From positions 23,210 through 87,209 of the IMG/VR virus record IMGVR_UViG_3300033143_004671: a stretch of DNA of 64,000 bases; one strand, given 5' to 3'. This stretch comes from a virus. Each line of letters begins with the position of its first letter. The stretch's first letter is position 1. The notes beneath the pieces are model-generated. The model did no database searches and was not told where the DNA came from. It was given only the letters and a program-made list of their open reading frames with translations. Position numbers and translations under genes: made by a program. Of this stretch, positions 39,593 to 48,885 are shown piece by piece.

Positions 39593-40774
39593 TTACATAG
39601 TAACCAATTCTTCCTTCGATACTCTTTCATTTTTGACGTTCAATATGTCTTTGAATAGTTCTATGAACTGTCCCGCTGTTCTAGCCGGATCAAACTCCCT
39701 CTCGGCCCTGCCTCTATTCGTCTCGATGCACTGTTCCTTATGCGTCCTCCAATCCTCCCAAGCATCATCCATCGCTTCCGAGAACCCCGTCAAATCCTCC
39801 TCGTCCGCACTATACAACACATAGGGATTTCCATAGCCAGCAACCACATTTAGACCACATGCCAACGCCTCGCGAATCGTCCTCGTGGCGATCTTGTGAG
39901 GTGTAATGAGCATATCGCCTGCCGAGTAAACCGTTCTGAGATTACTGACGATAGGCTTCACCTCACCCAATATACCCCTATCCTTCAAACAGTCGAATAG
40001 AGTGTCCCTCGCCAATCCGTTACCATCTATTCCATAAATATGAAGTTTGGCGCCTTCGTGTTTTTCCGCGAACAGGACAAAGGCGTTGAGAATATGGAAC
40101 GGGTCCTTATCCTTCCGCCAAATGTCGGCCATCACAACGTTGATTTCTCCCTTATTCCCACCGAAGTCATAATCAGTCTCCTCCCTGGTCCAGTAGTCGA
40201 GATCGACAAAAGGCTGAAATTGCCGAACGGGCTGGAAGACAAGTTTCCAGTACCGCTCGAATCCCGGCCACAAGGTCACCATGCATTTCCATCTTTCGTC
40301 CTGCATCATATCCTTGTACATCGAGTAGATCGGTGACCCACCATCCCGCTCGATCCGATATGAGCTATTAGGCCGTCCATGTGCCACATGAACTCTCGGT
40401 ATATCCAGAGTATCGAAGGCGGGTGTCAGGCCACCATGGCTTACTATCACATCCGATGTTTTGGCAAAAGCAAAGTCGGCTATTACAACACCCCGATCTG
40501 CGGAGTAGGCCGGAGGGCGGATACCTACCTCGTCCTTCTTATCGACTACACTGAACACATAGTCGCACTTCGGGCACTTCACCCCACGGCTGCTTCTGGC
40601 AAACACCTTGCCCCGCTTCTCCCTCGAAGACGGTCTTGGATCGACAATCATTGCATTGACACCTAAGGCCCGCTCCGCCTTCACGAGTTCGCGGACAGTC
40701 TCGTACATACCCGATAGATGGGATGTAACGGGAACTACGTGACTCACTCTCAACTTTTTCTTTCGTCTCTTCAT
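39593..40774 (-). CDS. GT4-like glycosyltransferase inside the structural module
   Basis: SGMYETVREL, HVAHG, FVDLD, RKDKDP, REALACGLNVV. Confidence 0.85.
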   Translation of the reverse strand: MKRRKKKLRVSHVVPVTSHLSGMYETVRELVKAERALGVNAMIVDPRPSSREKRGKVFARSSRGVKCPKCDYVFSVVDKKDEVGIRPPAYSADRGVVIADFAFAKTSDVIVSHGGLTPAFDTLDIPRVHVAHGRPNSSYRIERDGGSPIYSMYKDMMQDERWKCMVTLWPGFERYWKLVFQPVRQFQPFVDLDYWTREETDYDFGGNKGEINVVMADIWRKDKDPFHILNAFVLFAEKHEGAKLHIYGIDGNGLARDTLFDCLKDRGILGEVKPIVSNLRTVYSAGDMLITPHKIATRTIREALACGLNVVAGYGNPYVLYSADEEDLTGFSEAMDDAWEDWRTHKEQCIETNRGRAEREFDPARTAGQFIELFKDILNVKNERVSKEELVTM

Positions 40775-40786
40775 TCTTTCTTCCTG

Positions 40787-41311
40787 TTAGTAAGCATGTC
40801 CTTGGCATTTCAGTAGAGTTTCATCGGCGGAGGCGGCGGAAGACGCGACGGAGGCCAGTATCCTACTATTAGCCTCCTGTAATTCCATGTGAACCGGAAT
40901 GTTTGACGCCCTTATCTGATTACTGTTTCTCTCTGCAGCGAAAGTGGCAATCTCGACATATTCCGATGCATCACTCCTCCACAATTTCACCTGATACTCA
41001 GAGTTCGCATCCATCACCATATCGGCGAAGTAAATACCAAAGTCAGTTGTTATCGAATCAGCGGCAACAAGCTCGACTTTAGCCCCGCCCCAATTCCAAG
41101 CGACGTCAGATGATACCAGTGTTATGGAGTCGGCAGAATCGGGCACTACAAAACTAGTCCCGTGATTGTGTTCGTTCACTTCCCTGAGTAAACCATAGAT
41201 ACTGGAATCACTATGCACATCATTCTTATTACCAATGACATCATTGATCGTATTATTGTCCGCCGATCCCTTGTCGGGGACTCGTCTACTATTAGCTGCA
41301 TTCCACGTCAT
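40787..41311 (-). CDS. hypothetical virion protein
   Basis: DVIGNKND; in the structural module. Confidence 0.65.
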   Translation of the reverse strand: MTWNAANSRRVPDKGSADNNTINDVIGNKNDVHSDSSIYGLLREVNEHNHGTSFVVPDSADSITLVSSDVAWNWGGAKVELVAADSITTDFGIYFADMVMDANSEYQVKLWRSDASEYVEIATFAAERNSNQIRASNIPVHMELQEANSRILASVASSAASADETLLKCQGHAY

Positions 41312-41388
41312 TCTCTCTATCCTTCAAGAATCCGATTCGGCTTGAGATCGTACGTATAAGTCCGCCATAGTCTCACTCGTTTCTTGCG

Positions 41389-43170
41389 CTAGGCCAAATC
41401 AATCACACGGACCTCGGTTGTTCCCGTACCAGAATCGTCGAGCGTCTTGCCCGCCGTTCGCTGAACGTCCACAAAGGCGTTGTTAGTTGCGCCTTCGTAC
41501 ACCTTCGCATAAGCGGCCGCGCCTGCCTCGCCAGCGGGAATGTCTATCGTGCTGTTCTTGACGAGCAAGTTGTCGCAGTTGGCCCGCACGTAGATAATCG
41601 CCGAGGCACCGGCGACTTTCTTCTGGGCCGTGAAGGTCAGGCCGTCGATGAGCGTGTTGACGCAGGCGGTTGTCCCGATGTCGATGTAATCGCAGTGCTC
41701 CGCAATGCAGTTGACAACCCGGCCGTTGGCGACATCGAGAAACAACGCACGCGAACAGAACTCGAAATTGCACGAATCAACGATAGGGCCGACTCCGGAA
41801 CCTCTATACCCATAGGTCGCATTTAGCGCCCGATTATTACGAAAGCGATTGAAGTGGCCACTATCGAGGAAGGCAGTCTCGAAGTCCTGAACCACCACAT
41901 TTTCAACCAGTGCCCGCGTTGTCCACTGCGTTCGGAACCCCGCCCCGGACGCCACGCCCCCCATGTCGGCGATCCGCCCACCGTCCCACCTGCTCTGGTT
42001 GCCCATGACGACGGCTCCGTGGTCGGCGACCGTCCACGTGTCCCACACGAGCAACGCCCCCCGTGCATCCACGCTCGACCCGTCTCGAACGTAGATCGTG
42101 TCGGACAGGTCGTATCGACCGGGGGCCAGCGTGATCGTGCCGCCTCTTACTCCCGATGCCGTTGGCAGGCTTGTAAATGCCTGTTCGGCGTATTCGTTCC
42201 CACCATACTCATAGAAGATCATTTGCAGCATGGTCTCGCTTGGAAACGCTGTGCGTTGAATGTTGCTGGTGATGACGGACGGCACGTCGATATTGACCGT
42301 GCCGGTGTCAGACGACGACCTGAGCACGACGGCGTGGAACGTCCAGTCTTCCCGGCGGTAGTTGCCGGGAAAGTCCCCCTGGGCGATTGACCAAAGTTCG
42401 ATCTCCTCTTGCGCCGGGCGGCTTGCCGTGTGGTGGTAGCCGGTGAAGTGGCAGATCACCATGTAAATCCGCGAATTGTAGACGAAAACGTCGGGACAGA
42501 AGTAATTGTCTCCGAACAGAGGCTGTGTGGATTTCGTCCACGAGGTCAAATTCGTACTGGTGGCGATGGCCGTCCTTCGCGGGAAGACGCCGACGGTATT
42601 GTAGAACAGGTAGTACGTGGACGACACCTTGATAAGGCCGCACGGGTCCAGTTCCGAGGCCAGGGCGTCCCAGGATGTCGTGGCACCCGCGGCCGACATG
42701 GTAAGCACGGCCGTACCGCCGTTCTGCACGGTCCACGCGATGCCATTGGAAGAGGTCGAGTAGAAGATGCCGTCATTGAACCCGCGATGCAATGCCTTCC
42801 ACGTCGTCGCCCCCTCTTTCCAGACCCGTGCAACGGAGTAGTTCGACCACCCGGTAAGCGTTTGAGCATTGCCCCACGTCTTGCCGTCGGTCGAGTCGTA
42901 CCGCTTGTCTTTGTAGAACAGGTAGTACTTGGAATCATCCGCACAGTAAAACGCACACGGGTAGTAGTTGAGTTCACCGGGGATCGAGTCGCCCGTGCGG
43001 GTGAACAGGTTGGTTGTGACTAGCGCATTGGATGCCTCCACTATCTCGACTTCGTCGTTCACGCCATCGCAAACGTAGTCTGCGATGCTCCGTAGTTGAC
43101 GGGGACTATCGGCGGCCACCACGAGGATGGACCGCGTCACCGCCTTTAATGTAGCTGCATTCCACGTCAT
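41389..43170 (-). CDS. tailspike-like protein: GH43/32-like beta-propeller plus pectin-lyase-like beta-helix
   Basis: ADYVCDGVNDE, SxDG/SxNG..W repeats, YYLFY, GGTITLAPGRY, beta-helix C-terminus. Confidence 0.7.
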   Translation of the reverse strand: MTWNAATLKAVTRSILVVAADSPRQLRSIADYVCDGVNDEVEIVEASNALVTTNLFTRTGDSIPGELNYYPCAFYCADDSKYYLFYKDKRYDSTDGKTWGNAQTLTGWSNYSVARVWKEGATTWKALHRGFNDGIFYSTSSNGIAWTVQNGGTAVLTMSAAGATTSWDALASELDPCGLIKVSSTYYLFYNTVGVFPRRTAIATSTNLTSWTKSTQPLFGDNYFCPDVFVYNSRIYMVICHFTGYHHTASRPAQEEIELWSIAQGDFPGNYRREDWTFHAVVLRSSSDTGTVNIDVPSVITSNIQRTAFPSETMLQMIFYEYGGNEYAEQAFTSLPTASGVRGGTITLAPGRYDLSDTIYVRDGSSVDARGALLVWDTWTVADHGAVVMGNQSRWDGGRIADMGGVASGAGFRTQWTTRALVENVVVQDFETAFLDSGHFNRFRNNRALNATYGYRGSGVGPIVDSCNFEFCSRALFLDVANGRVVNCIAEHCDYIDIGTTACVNTLIDGLTFTAQKKVAGASAIIYVRANCDNLLVKNSTIDIPAGEAGAAAYAKVYEGATNNAFVDVQRTAGKTLDDSGTGTTEVRVIDLA

Positions 43171-43174
43171 GTTA

Positions 43175-43564
43175 TCATCTTTGCTGCACATACACGGAGG
43201 CCGTCGTATCACTACCCGATGCTGCGGAAGCCTCCAACTTCACCGCAAACAATCCTTTCACCTTCATCCACAAACTACCCGTACCGGACAAGGCGAGAGA
43301 AGTAAAATCTGTACCCGCCCCTTCAATCGGTGGTGTGATGTTGGTCACAAAATCTGACTCGGCATTTGCTATCACTTGGTACGCAGCATCAGGATGTGGC
43401 TTGATGCTTACCTGAAAGGCGTCGAATGCCTTATGAGGGGAGTTCTCGATAGACATCCACATATCCGTCGCCCCCTCGCGAACAAAAATCTCAGCAAGTT
43501 CACCGGTCGATGCCGCTGTAATCGCCACATCCAGGAATGATTGTTTCCAATAAGAACTAGCCAT
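43175..43564 (-). CDS. hypothetical virion protein
   Basis: ORF with RBS in the head module. Confidence 0.6.
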   Translation of the reverse strand: MASSYWKQSFLDVAITAASTGELAEIFVREGATDMWMSIENSPHKAFDAFQVSIKPHPDAAYQVIANAESDFVTNITPPIEGAGTDFTSLALSGTGSLWMKVKGLFAVKLEASAASGSDTTASVYVQQR

Positions 43565-43692
43565 CTTCAGTTCCCTTAGATGGCTGGTTTGTCGTAATCC
43601 AAACCGGCCATCTTTCTCAGTACCTCACCGTCGCTAACCTGTCCCCGAGGTACGGTGTCCAATGGACAGGTCACTAACACAGCACAGCGATT

Positions 43693-43756
43693 CCCCGCAT
43701 GGGGTTGGTGAGTGGAATATTTCACCCTCACCCTTTAGCTATGTGCCTAGCTATTC
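43693..43756 (-). repeat. 64-bp three-hairpin element, copy 1
   Basis: near-identical to 44793-44856. Confidence 0.9.
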
Positions 43757-44134
43757 TTCTTCAGTCTCGGCGATCCTTCTTCGCCTTTTCTTTTTGGCTT
43801 TTCTCGGATCGGTTCCCACATCAGCTTCCTCGTTCGTCCTCGTGGCAATAAGTTTTGCGATAGGGCGAGTTTTGTCGATTGATTGGATCAACCGGTTGGC
43901 TATCCTGGGGGGAACCCACACCTCTGCTGATGTCTCGAAATCCCACACAATCCGGATCTTACCATCGGAACCTACTTCCTGTTTTTTAGTCGGGGCATAG
44001 TTAGTTCCTTCATCGACAAAATCACCTTTCTTGTTTACCTCTACCGATGAAGAAATTGTGACATACCGATGAGGCTGAATCTGTATCAGCATCGTCGGCG
44101 CCTCTTCCTTAGGATCGAACCTATACGCAGCCAT
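43751..44134 (-). CDS. hypothetical protein
   Basis: GGAG RBS; basic C-terminus. Confidence 0.6.
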   Translation of the reverse strand: MAAYRFDPKEEAPTMLIQIQPHRYVTISSSVEVNKKGDFVDEGTNYAPTKKQEVGSDGKIRIVWDFETSAEVWVPPRIANRLIQSIDKTRPIAKLIATRTNEEADVGTDPRKAKKKRRRRIAETEEE

Positions 44135-44244
44135 CTCACATCTCCGACGCCTTGCTCCTTTCGGCAGCTCGCGTCTAAACCTGATCGCCCGCGTTAACCG
44201 ACGACCAAGTGCTTCTCACAAACCTTACCGTGCCTACGGCGTGC

Positions 44245-44703
44245 CTACGGCGTGATACAAACATCGCTTCCGTCGGCTCCCAAGTAGAATACACCCGACA
44301 CTCCGGTATCGCTAGTCGCGATACCGGTAAACTTAATCCCATCGCTCTCGCCAGAAGCGTCCTCGGAAGCCGACAGGTATATTGTGCTCTGAGCACCAAG
44401 CATAAGCTTTACAGTGTCGCTTAGCCTGACATCACCACCCTGAAAATGCCAGTCACCGGTCAGCTTCGTATCGGTCCCATCATGCGTGATCGATGCATCA
44501 CCAGCATCACCAAACTCAAGTTTTACAGTATCGGACAAGCGAAGGTCCGCACCTTCTATATCCAGTACGCCGTTGGACGAGTCATACCGGAACGCCACGT
44601 CACCATCCGTCCCGAAGTAGAACTCTTTGTCATCTCGCATCCAAACGTCATCGAACGTCTTCTGGAATGCACATGCCGAACGTCCACTAGGAATCGCTCC
44701 CAT
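44245..44703 (-). CDS. putative head fibre/decoration protein
   Basis: repeated RLSDTVKL..G; downstream of the capsid gene. Confidence 0.6.
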   Translation of the reverse strand: MGAIPSGRSACAFQKTFDDVWMRDDKEFYFGTDGDVAFRYDSSNGVLDIEGADLRLSDTVKLEFGDAGDASITHDGTDTKLTGDWHFQGGDVRLSDTVKLMLGAQSTIYLSASEDASGESDGIKFTGIATSDTGVSGVFYLGADGSDVCITP

Positions 44704-44792
44704 GATTTTTACCTCTGTCCGGTCTTATCTCCGATCTGATATGAGCGCCGGACAGCTCTATCAGACCCTGGACACAACACGACACGACACAT

Positions 44793-44856
44793 CCCCGCGT
44801 GGGGTTGGTGAGTGGATGTTTCATCCCTCACCCTTTAGCTATGTGCCTAGCTATTC
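44793..44856 (-). repeat. 64-bp three-hairpin element, copy 2
   Basis: near-identical to 43693-43756. Confidence 0.9.
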
Positions 44857-44981
44857 CATATTCAGTTTTCATTCGAGGTCGTGGGTGCCGGGCGGCAGGG
44901 CCAGGAAGAAGGAACCCTGCCAGCCCAGCACCCGACCTCAACACCCAGTATCGTACTGGGGGCCCATCGAGGCCTAGTTCA

Positions 44982-45488
44982 CTAATACGCTGTGCGAGCA
45001 CCGGCCCACGGTGCTTCAAGCAAATCGTGGCCGATAAACACAGCAGAGATTTTACTTCCGGTTCCATCGGAGTCATATTGCACGTTGACATACCTGCTCA
45101 CGTTCGGGAGGTTGATAATATACGTACCATCCTCCGTCAGGTTTGCAATGGTATTGGACGAGACAGTAACATCACTGATCGCCGTACCCAGGTTGCCCTG
45201 TGCATAAAAACTCGAACGGTCAGAAGCAATCAAAACCTTTGCCGTGCCGTCGCTCGCGACAGCGGACAACGCAGTACCACTCGTGGCAAAGTTTGAAGCC
45301 GATGAGGTCCAAACTTCGACGTTCGCCTGATCACTACCAGCGGCATTATCCAGAACGATGACCAGGGTCCCGTTCTGGGCTCCGCCCGTATCCACTTCGT
45401 TGAAGATCAGATCGCTACCGGCCGCGCCTGTGGCGACGTTGTTCATCATCTGGGCGAATCTGGTTTTGAAAATGTTACCTTTCGGCAT
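44982..45488 (-). CDS. putative capsid decoration/cement protein (SD-rich)
   Basis: directly after MCP; 6 SD in 168 aa. Confidence 0.65.
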   Translation of the reverse strand: MPKGNIFKTRFAQMMNNVATGAAGSDLIFNEVDTGGAQNGTLVIVLDNAAGSDQANVEVWTSSASNFATSGTALSAVASDGTAKVLIASDRSSFYAQGNLGTAISDVTVSSNTIANLTEDGTYIINLPNVSRYVNVQYDSDGTGSKISAVFIGHDLLEAPWAGARTAY

Positions 45489-45503
45489 TAGTTTTCTCCT
45501 TCA

Positions 45504-46604
45504 CTACGCCTGCAGACCCTTGACGACCACGAAGGCGCCGGGCTGTCTCAGAACCGAACCGACGTGTCGGACGAGTCTGATGGCAATCTGATCTAGTTCG
45601 AAGTAGCGATCACTGGAAGCCTCGATACGCATCGCGCCATTGTCGCCGAGTAGGAGTTCCGACCATCGTCCACCGACCACGTACGACTCGGTCGCGGCGG
45701 GACGGTTTACGATGGATACCTTTGTAGTATGACGGAAGGGAGCACCTTCGATGTTTATCACACCGTTAGCACTGACCCCTTGTCCGGAGCCTTCAGCGAA
45801 GATGTACCTACCGTTGCCATCCTTAAGCTTGCCCAGAGTATGGGCAGTTCTCGGGTGACCGATCCAACCAGTCAACTCCGCATTGGTGTTCAGGCGGACA
45901 TTGTAAATTGCATCCTTAAACGTATCAAACGTCGGGGATGCACTAATGTCCGTAGAAACAATACGAGGATGGTAGTAGATACCCAGCGGCTGTTGACCAC
46001 CGGTACCTTGCAGGATAACCACGTCTTCCTCCAAGGCCATCTCTTCGGCGAGATCCTGGCGTACCAACGCATCAATCGACGTATTGGCATTCTCGATAAG
46101 CTCGCGACTCGTCTTATAGAGGCAGACCGCCTTCTTGAGTTCCAGGGAATCATTACCGAACTCCAGAGTGGTATCCTCTGTGATCGTCGTGTTCTCTGCA
46201 CCCCAAGAAATCGTGGTCGAGGCATCGATCCGATTCATCGTGAGTTTACTACCAGGGAGCGTAATCGTACGAACGCCAGGCATGGCCCGAACCACTGCCG
46301 TCTCTTTCAAGAGCGGAATGATCTCACTCTGCAAAAGCTCAGGAACAAGCACACCACCACGGGTGCCCGTGTCCTGTCCGAGGGCCTTCTCGTAGAGTGC
46401 CTTCTCGACCTCGGCATCGGACCAGTCATCTAGCGTCACACCACGAAGATACTTGGAGATTGAAACCTTCTCCTCTTTCACTACCGCGTCGGCAGAACCC
46501 TGGCTTTTTCTAATGCCCTTTGTCAGACTTGTGGAAAATGCCTTTGCAATGCCTTCGCGGATAGTAGCCAGAAGTTGGGTCCGATCTTCTTTCTTGATCT
46601 TCAT
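45504..46604 (-). CDS. HK97-fold major capsid protein
   Basis: GGVLVPE, SRELIENA, GTGGQQPLGI, LKDGNGRYIF, PGAFVV. Confidence 0.95.
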   Translation of the reverse strand: MKIKKEDRTQLLATIREGIAKAFSTSLTKGIRKSQGSADAVVKEEKVSISKYLRGVTLDDWSDAEVEKALYEKALGQDTGTRGGVLVPELLQSEIIPLLKETAVVRAMPGVRTITLPGSKLTMNRIDASTTISWGAENTTITEDTTLEFGNDSLELKKAVCLYKTSRELIENANTSIDALVRQDLAEEMALEEDVVILQGTGGQQPLGIYYHPRIVSTDISASPTFDTFKDAIYNVRLNTNAELTGWIGHPRTAHTLGKLKDGNGRYIFAEGSGQGVSANGVINIEGAPFRHTTKVSIVNRPAATESYVVGGRWSELLLGDNGAMRIEASSDRYFELDQIAIRLVRHVGSVLRQPGAFVVVKGLQA

Positions 46605-46626
46605 TGTACTTTCCTTTATACGCTAC

Positions 46627-47547
46627 TCACTCAGTCCCTTCCCCGGTCAGACCATCGACGACAGCACTAACAATGTCTGCACCAAGATCAGCAGGACTGA
46701 TTTCTTCTTCATCTCCACGGGCAGAATCCTCTTCCGACCCACTGCCTTGCTCCGACTCTTCGTCAGCAGCCTCGGTCTCTTCGGTATTCTCCGACTCTTC
46801 TTCTTCCTTCCGCCTCGCCTCCAGAGCCGACGCGACACCCTCTATCAATTTTGGTAGCAGGGTTTCTATCAGCTTATCCTGGTCTAAGGCAGGTATCTCT
46901 TCAGTCTCGGTCTCTTCCTGTTCAATCTCTTCCTCGGTCACGTCTTGCTCTTTATCCTCAACGCCTACAAGCTCGGTGTTCACCGCAGCCTTGACGATTG
47001 ATAGCATTGCCTCCTCCAGATCGGGCGGCATATCATCCCTGTACATCCCCAACGTCTCGAGGTGAGGCACGATAGCCTTAGCCACGCATTCCTCGATCAG
47101 TTCCGGAGCACCCTCTCCCAACAGTTCCTCGATCTGTTTCATATCCTCGTCGGATGCCAATAGCACATCCTCGTCGTCTACCGTATCGACGATCTCCGCG
47201 TTCTTCGTCAACCTGAACGTCTGTAGACTCTTGAACCCGGCTTTGTCCTCTCCCCCGTCCACAGAATATGTGATGCCCAGGGCAATATTGGAATCGCCGA
47301 TTGGTTCGTACCACATCGATAAGGCTTTAGCGTTTTCGATCTCCTTGCCATTGATCTTAACTACCGTATCGTCTGGCGTGCCTTTGGTCTCAAACTCTAC
47401 CTTGGCACTTTTGAACTGTTTTTGCACATCCTCTGGATCGTCCACCCGCTTACAGAATAAGAATGGAAGGCTGTTTGCGGGCTTGTCCACGAGGGAAACT
47501 TCATCGACTTGTATATTCCTGAGCCGTCTGATTCTACGCTTCGCCAT
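46627..47547 (-). CDS. scaffold protein with an N-terminal prohead-protease segment
   Basis: LRNIQVDEVSLVDKPAN followed by an acidic coiled region; precedes MCP. Confidence 0.75.
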   Translation of the reverse strand: MAKRRIRRLRNIQVDEVSLVDKPANSLPFLFCKRVDDPEDVQKQFKSAKVEFETKGTPDDTVVKINGKEIENAKALSMWYEPIGDSNIALGITYSVDGGEDKAGFKSLQTFRLTKNAEIVDTVDDEDVLLASDEDMKQIEELLGEGAPELIEECVAKAIVPHLETLGMYRDDMPPDLEEAMLSIVKAAVNTELVGVEDKEQDVTEEEIEQEETETEEIPALDQDKLIETLLPKLIEGVASALEARRKEEEESENTEETEAADEESEQGSGSEEDSARGDEEEISPADLGADIVSAVVDGLTGEGTE

Positions 47548-47729
47548 GATTCAAGGATTCTAGTCTACCCGGTATCACAAAAACTGGCACCTAGAATGGC
47601 GGGCGGCCATCCGACGGTCCTTTCACCTTATAGAATAATAGGTGGGACAGAACGAGGTCTCACCAAACCCAAACAACGCCGACTACCCAAGAGATTTCTC
47701 ATAAAGTTTTTTGTTTCTTCTCCTAAAAT

Positions 47730-47738
47730 TGATATAAT
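47730..47738 (+). promoter_or_regulatory. extended -10 promoter for the HNH gene
   Basis: TGaTATAAT, then hairpin aaatacgt/acgtattt and GAAAGGA RBS. Confidence 0.6.
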
Positions 47739-47773
47739 GAAATACGTAGTACGTATTTATAGAAAGGACAAAC

Positions 47774-48460
47774 ATGATACGAACCTGCCTGACTTGTAAG
47801 CGCACATTCCAGTCAGATGAGAATATCTACTGCTCGAAGAAGTGTTGTCCCGACAAGACCGATCTGACCGGAGCCCCGACTAGAACGAAAAGCAAAACCC
47901 AAAAAAGGAGGACCTGCGAAACCTGTTTAGCCTCCTTCACTCCTCCCTCGCATGGACCGGACTATGTATACTGCTCCCGAACCTGCACACCTAAAGGACG
48001 CAACAGAAACGGAAATCTTCGGGCCCCCCCTCATACTTGTTATGACAATACCGAATATAGGGACAAACAAAGCAAGGCGTGGAAAGAATACTGGAAGCGA
48101 TGGCGGGAAGAGAACCCGAGGCCCCGCAGACCCTCGGGAGCCTTTCCCGACAACTGGTCGTCTATACGTAAAACCATCATCGGACGAGACGAGGGCACCT
48201 GCCTGGTCTGTCATCAACAGATGGACGAGGTAACCGTCCACTTCATAGACGAGGACAGGACTCACGTATCACCAAACAACCTGGTCACTGTCTGTACCCA
48301 ATGCCATGAAAGCAAAGTTCACAGGATGCCTCCTACGAAACTCAAGGTGAGTGAACGGACGAAACAATGGTTAAAGAACAGGGACCGCTGGAGACGATAC
48401 TTTGAATCGGTGATGTCTAATGAGAGTATGAGGGAGAAGAATAGCTCACTAAGGCTCTAG
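47774..48460 (+). CDS. HNH-family endonuclease-like protein with YCS Zn-finger repeats
   Basis: YCSKKC, YCSRTC, RDEGTCLVC, VHFID...NLVTVCTQCH. Confidence 0.8.
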   Translation: MIRTCLTCKRTFQSDENIYCSKKCCPDKTDLTGAPTRTKSKTQKRRTCETCLASFTPPSHGPDYVYCSRTCTPKGRNRNGNLRAPPHTCYDNTEYRDKQSKAWKEYWKRWREENPRPRRPSGAFPDNWSSIRKTIIGRDEGTCLVCHQQMDEVTVHFIDEDRTHVSPNNLVTVCTQCHESKVHRMPPTKLKVSERTKQWLKNRDRWRRYFESVMSNESMREKNSSLRL

Positions 48461-48483
48461 ATCATTACGCGGATTCCCTAAGG

Positions 48484-48858
48484 TTATTTTTCGTCGAAGG
48501 GGAAAGGAATATTGGCGGCATCAAATGCCCTCTTAGCATCTTCTAGGGCCCGATCATATTCTACTTGACTCGCGGCATTGTCCCTTTCGAGTCCGTCCAG
48601 AATATTCTTCACCCGCTGATTGTACCGGCTCGCCCGCGAACTGTACCGGCTCGGAGGATGAATTGTAATAGTTACATCAGGAGAGTTCACATTCTCGCTA
48701 GGCCCTCTCCTTTCTCCTGCCCTCGATCTTACTTCCACTTCGAGTTTTGGTTCTGTTTCGGAGAACCCCAATACGTCGCTAAGAATGTAAGCACAGACAC
48801 ATACTACAATGAAACAAACAATCCAAATTGTCGATTCGCTCTTCATCCCGCTCTTCAT
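48484..48858 (-). CDS. membrane-anchored hypothetical protein
   Basis: N-terminal TM segment. Confidence 0.6.
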   Translation of the reverse strand: MKSGMKSESTIWIVCFIVVCVCAYILSDVLGFSETEPKLEVEVRSRAGERRGPSENVNSPDVTITIHPPSRYSSRASRYNQRVKNILDGLERDNAASQVEYDRALEDAKRAFDAANIPFPFDEK

Positions 48859-48885
48859 TCCTTTCCCTCAAGGCAAAACAAGGAA

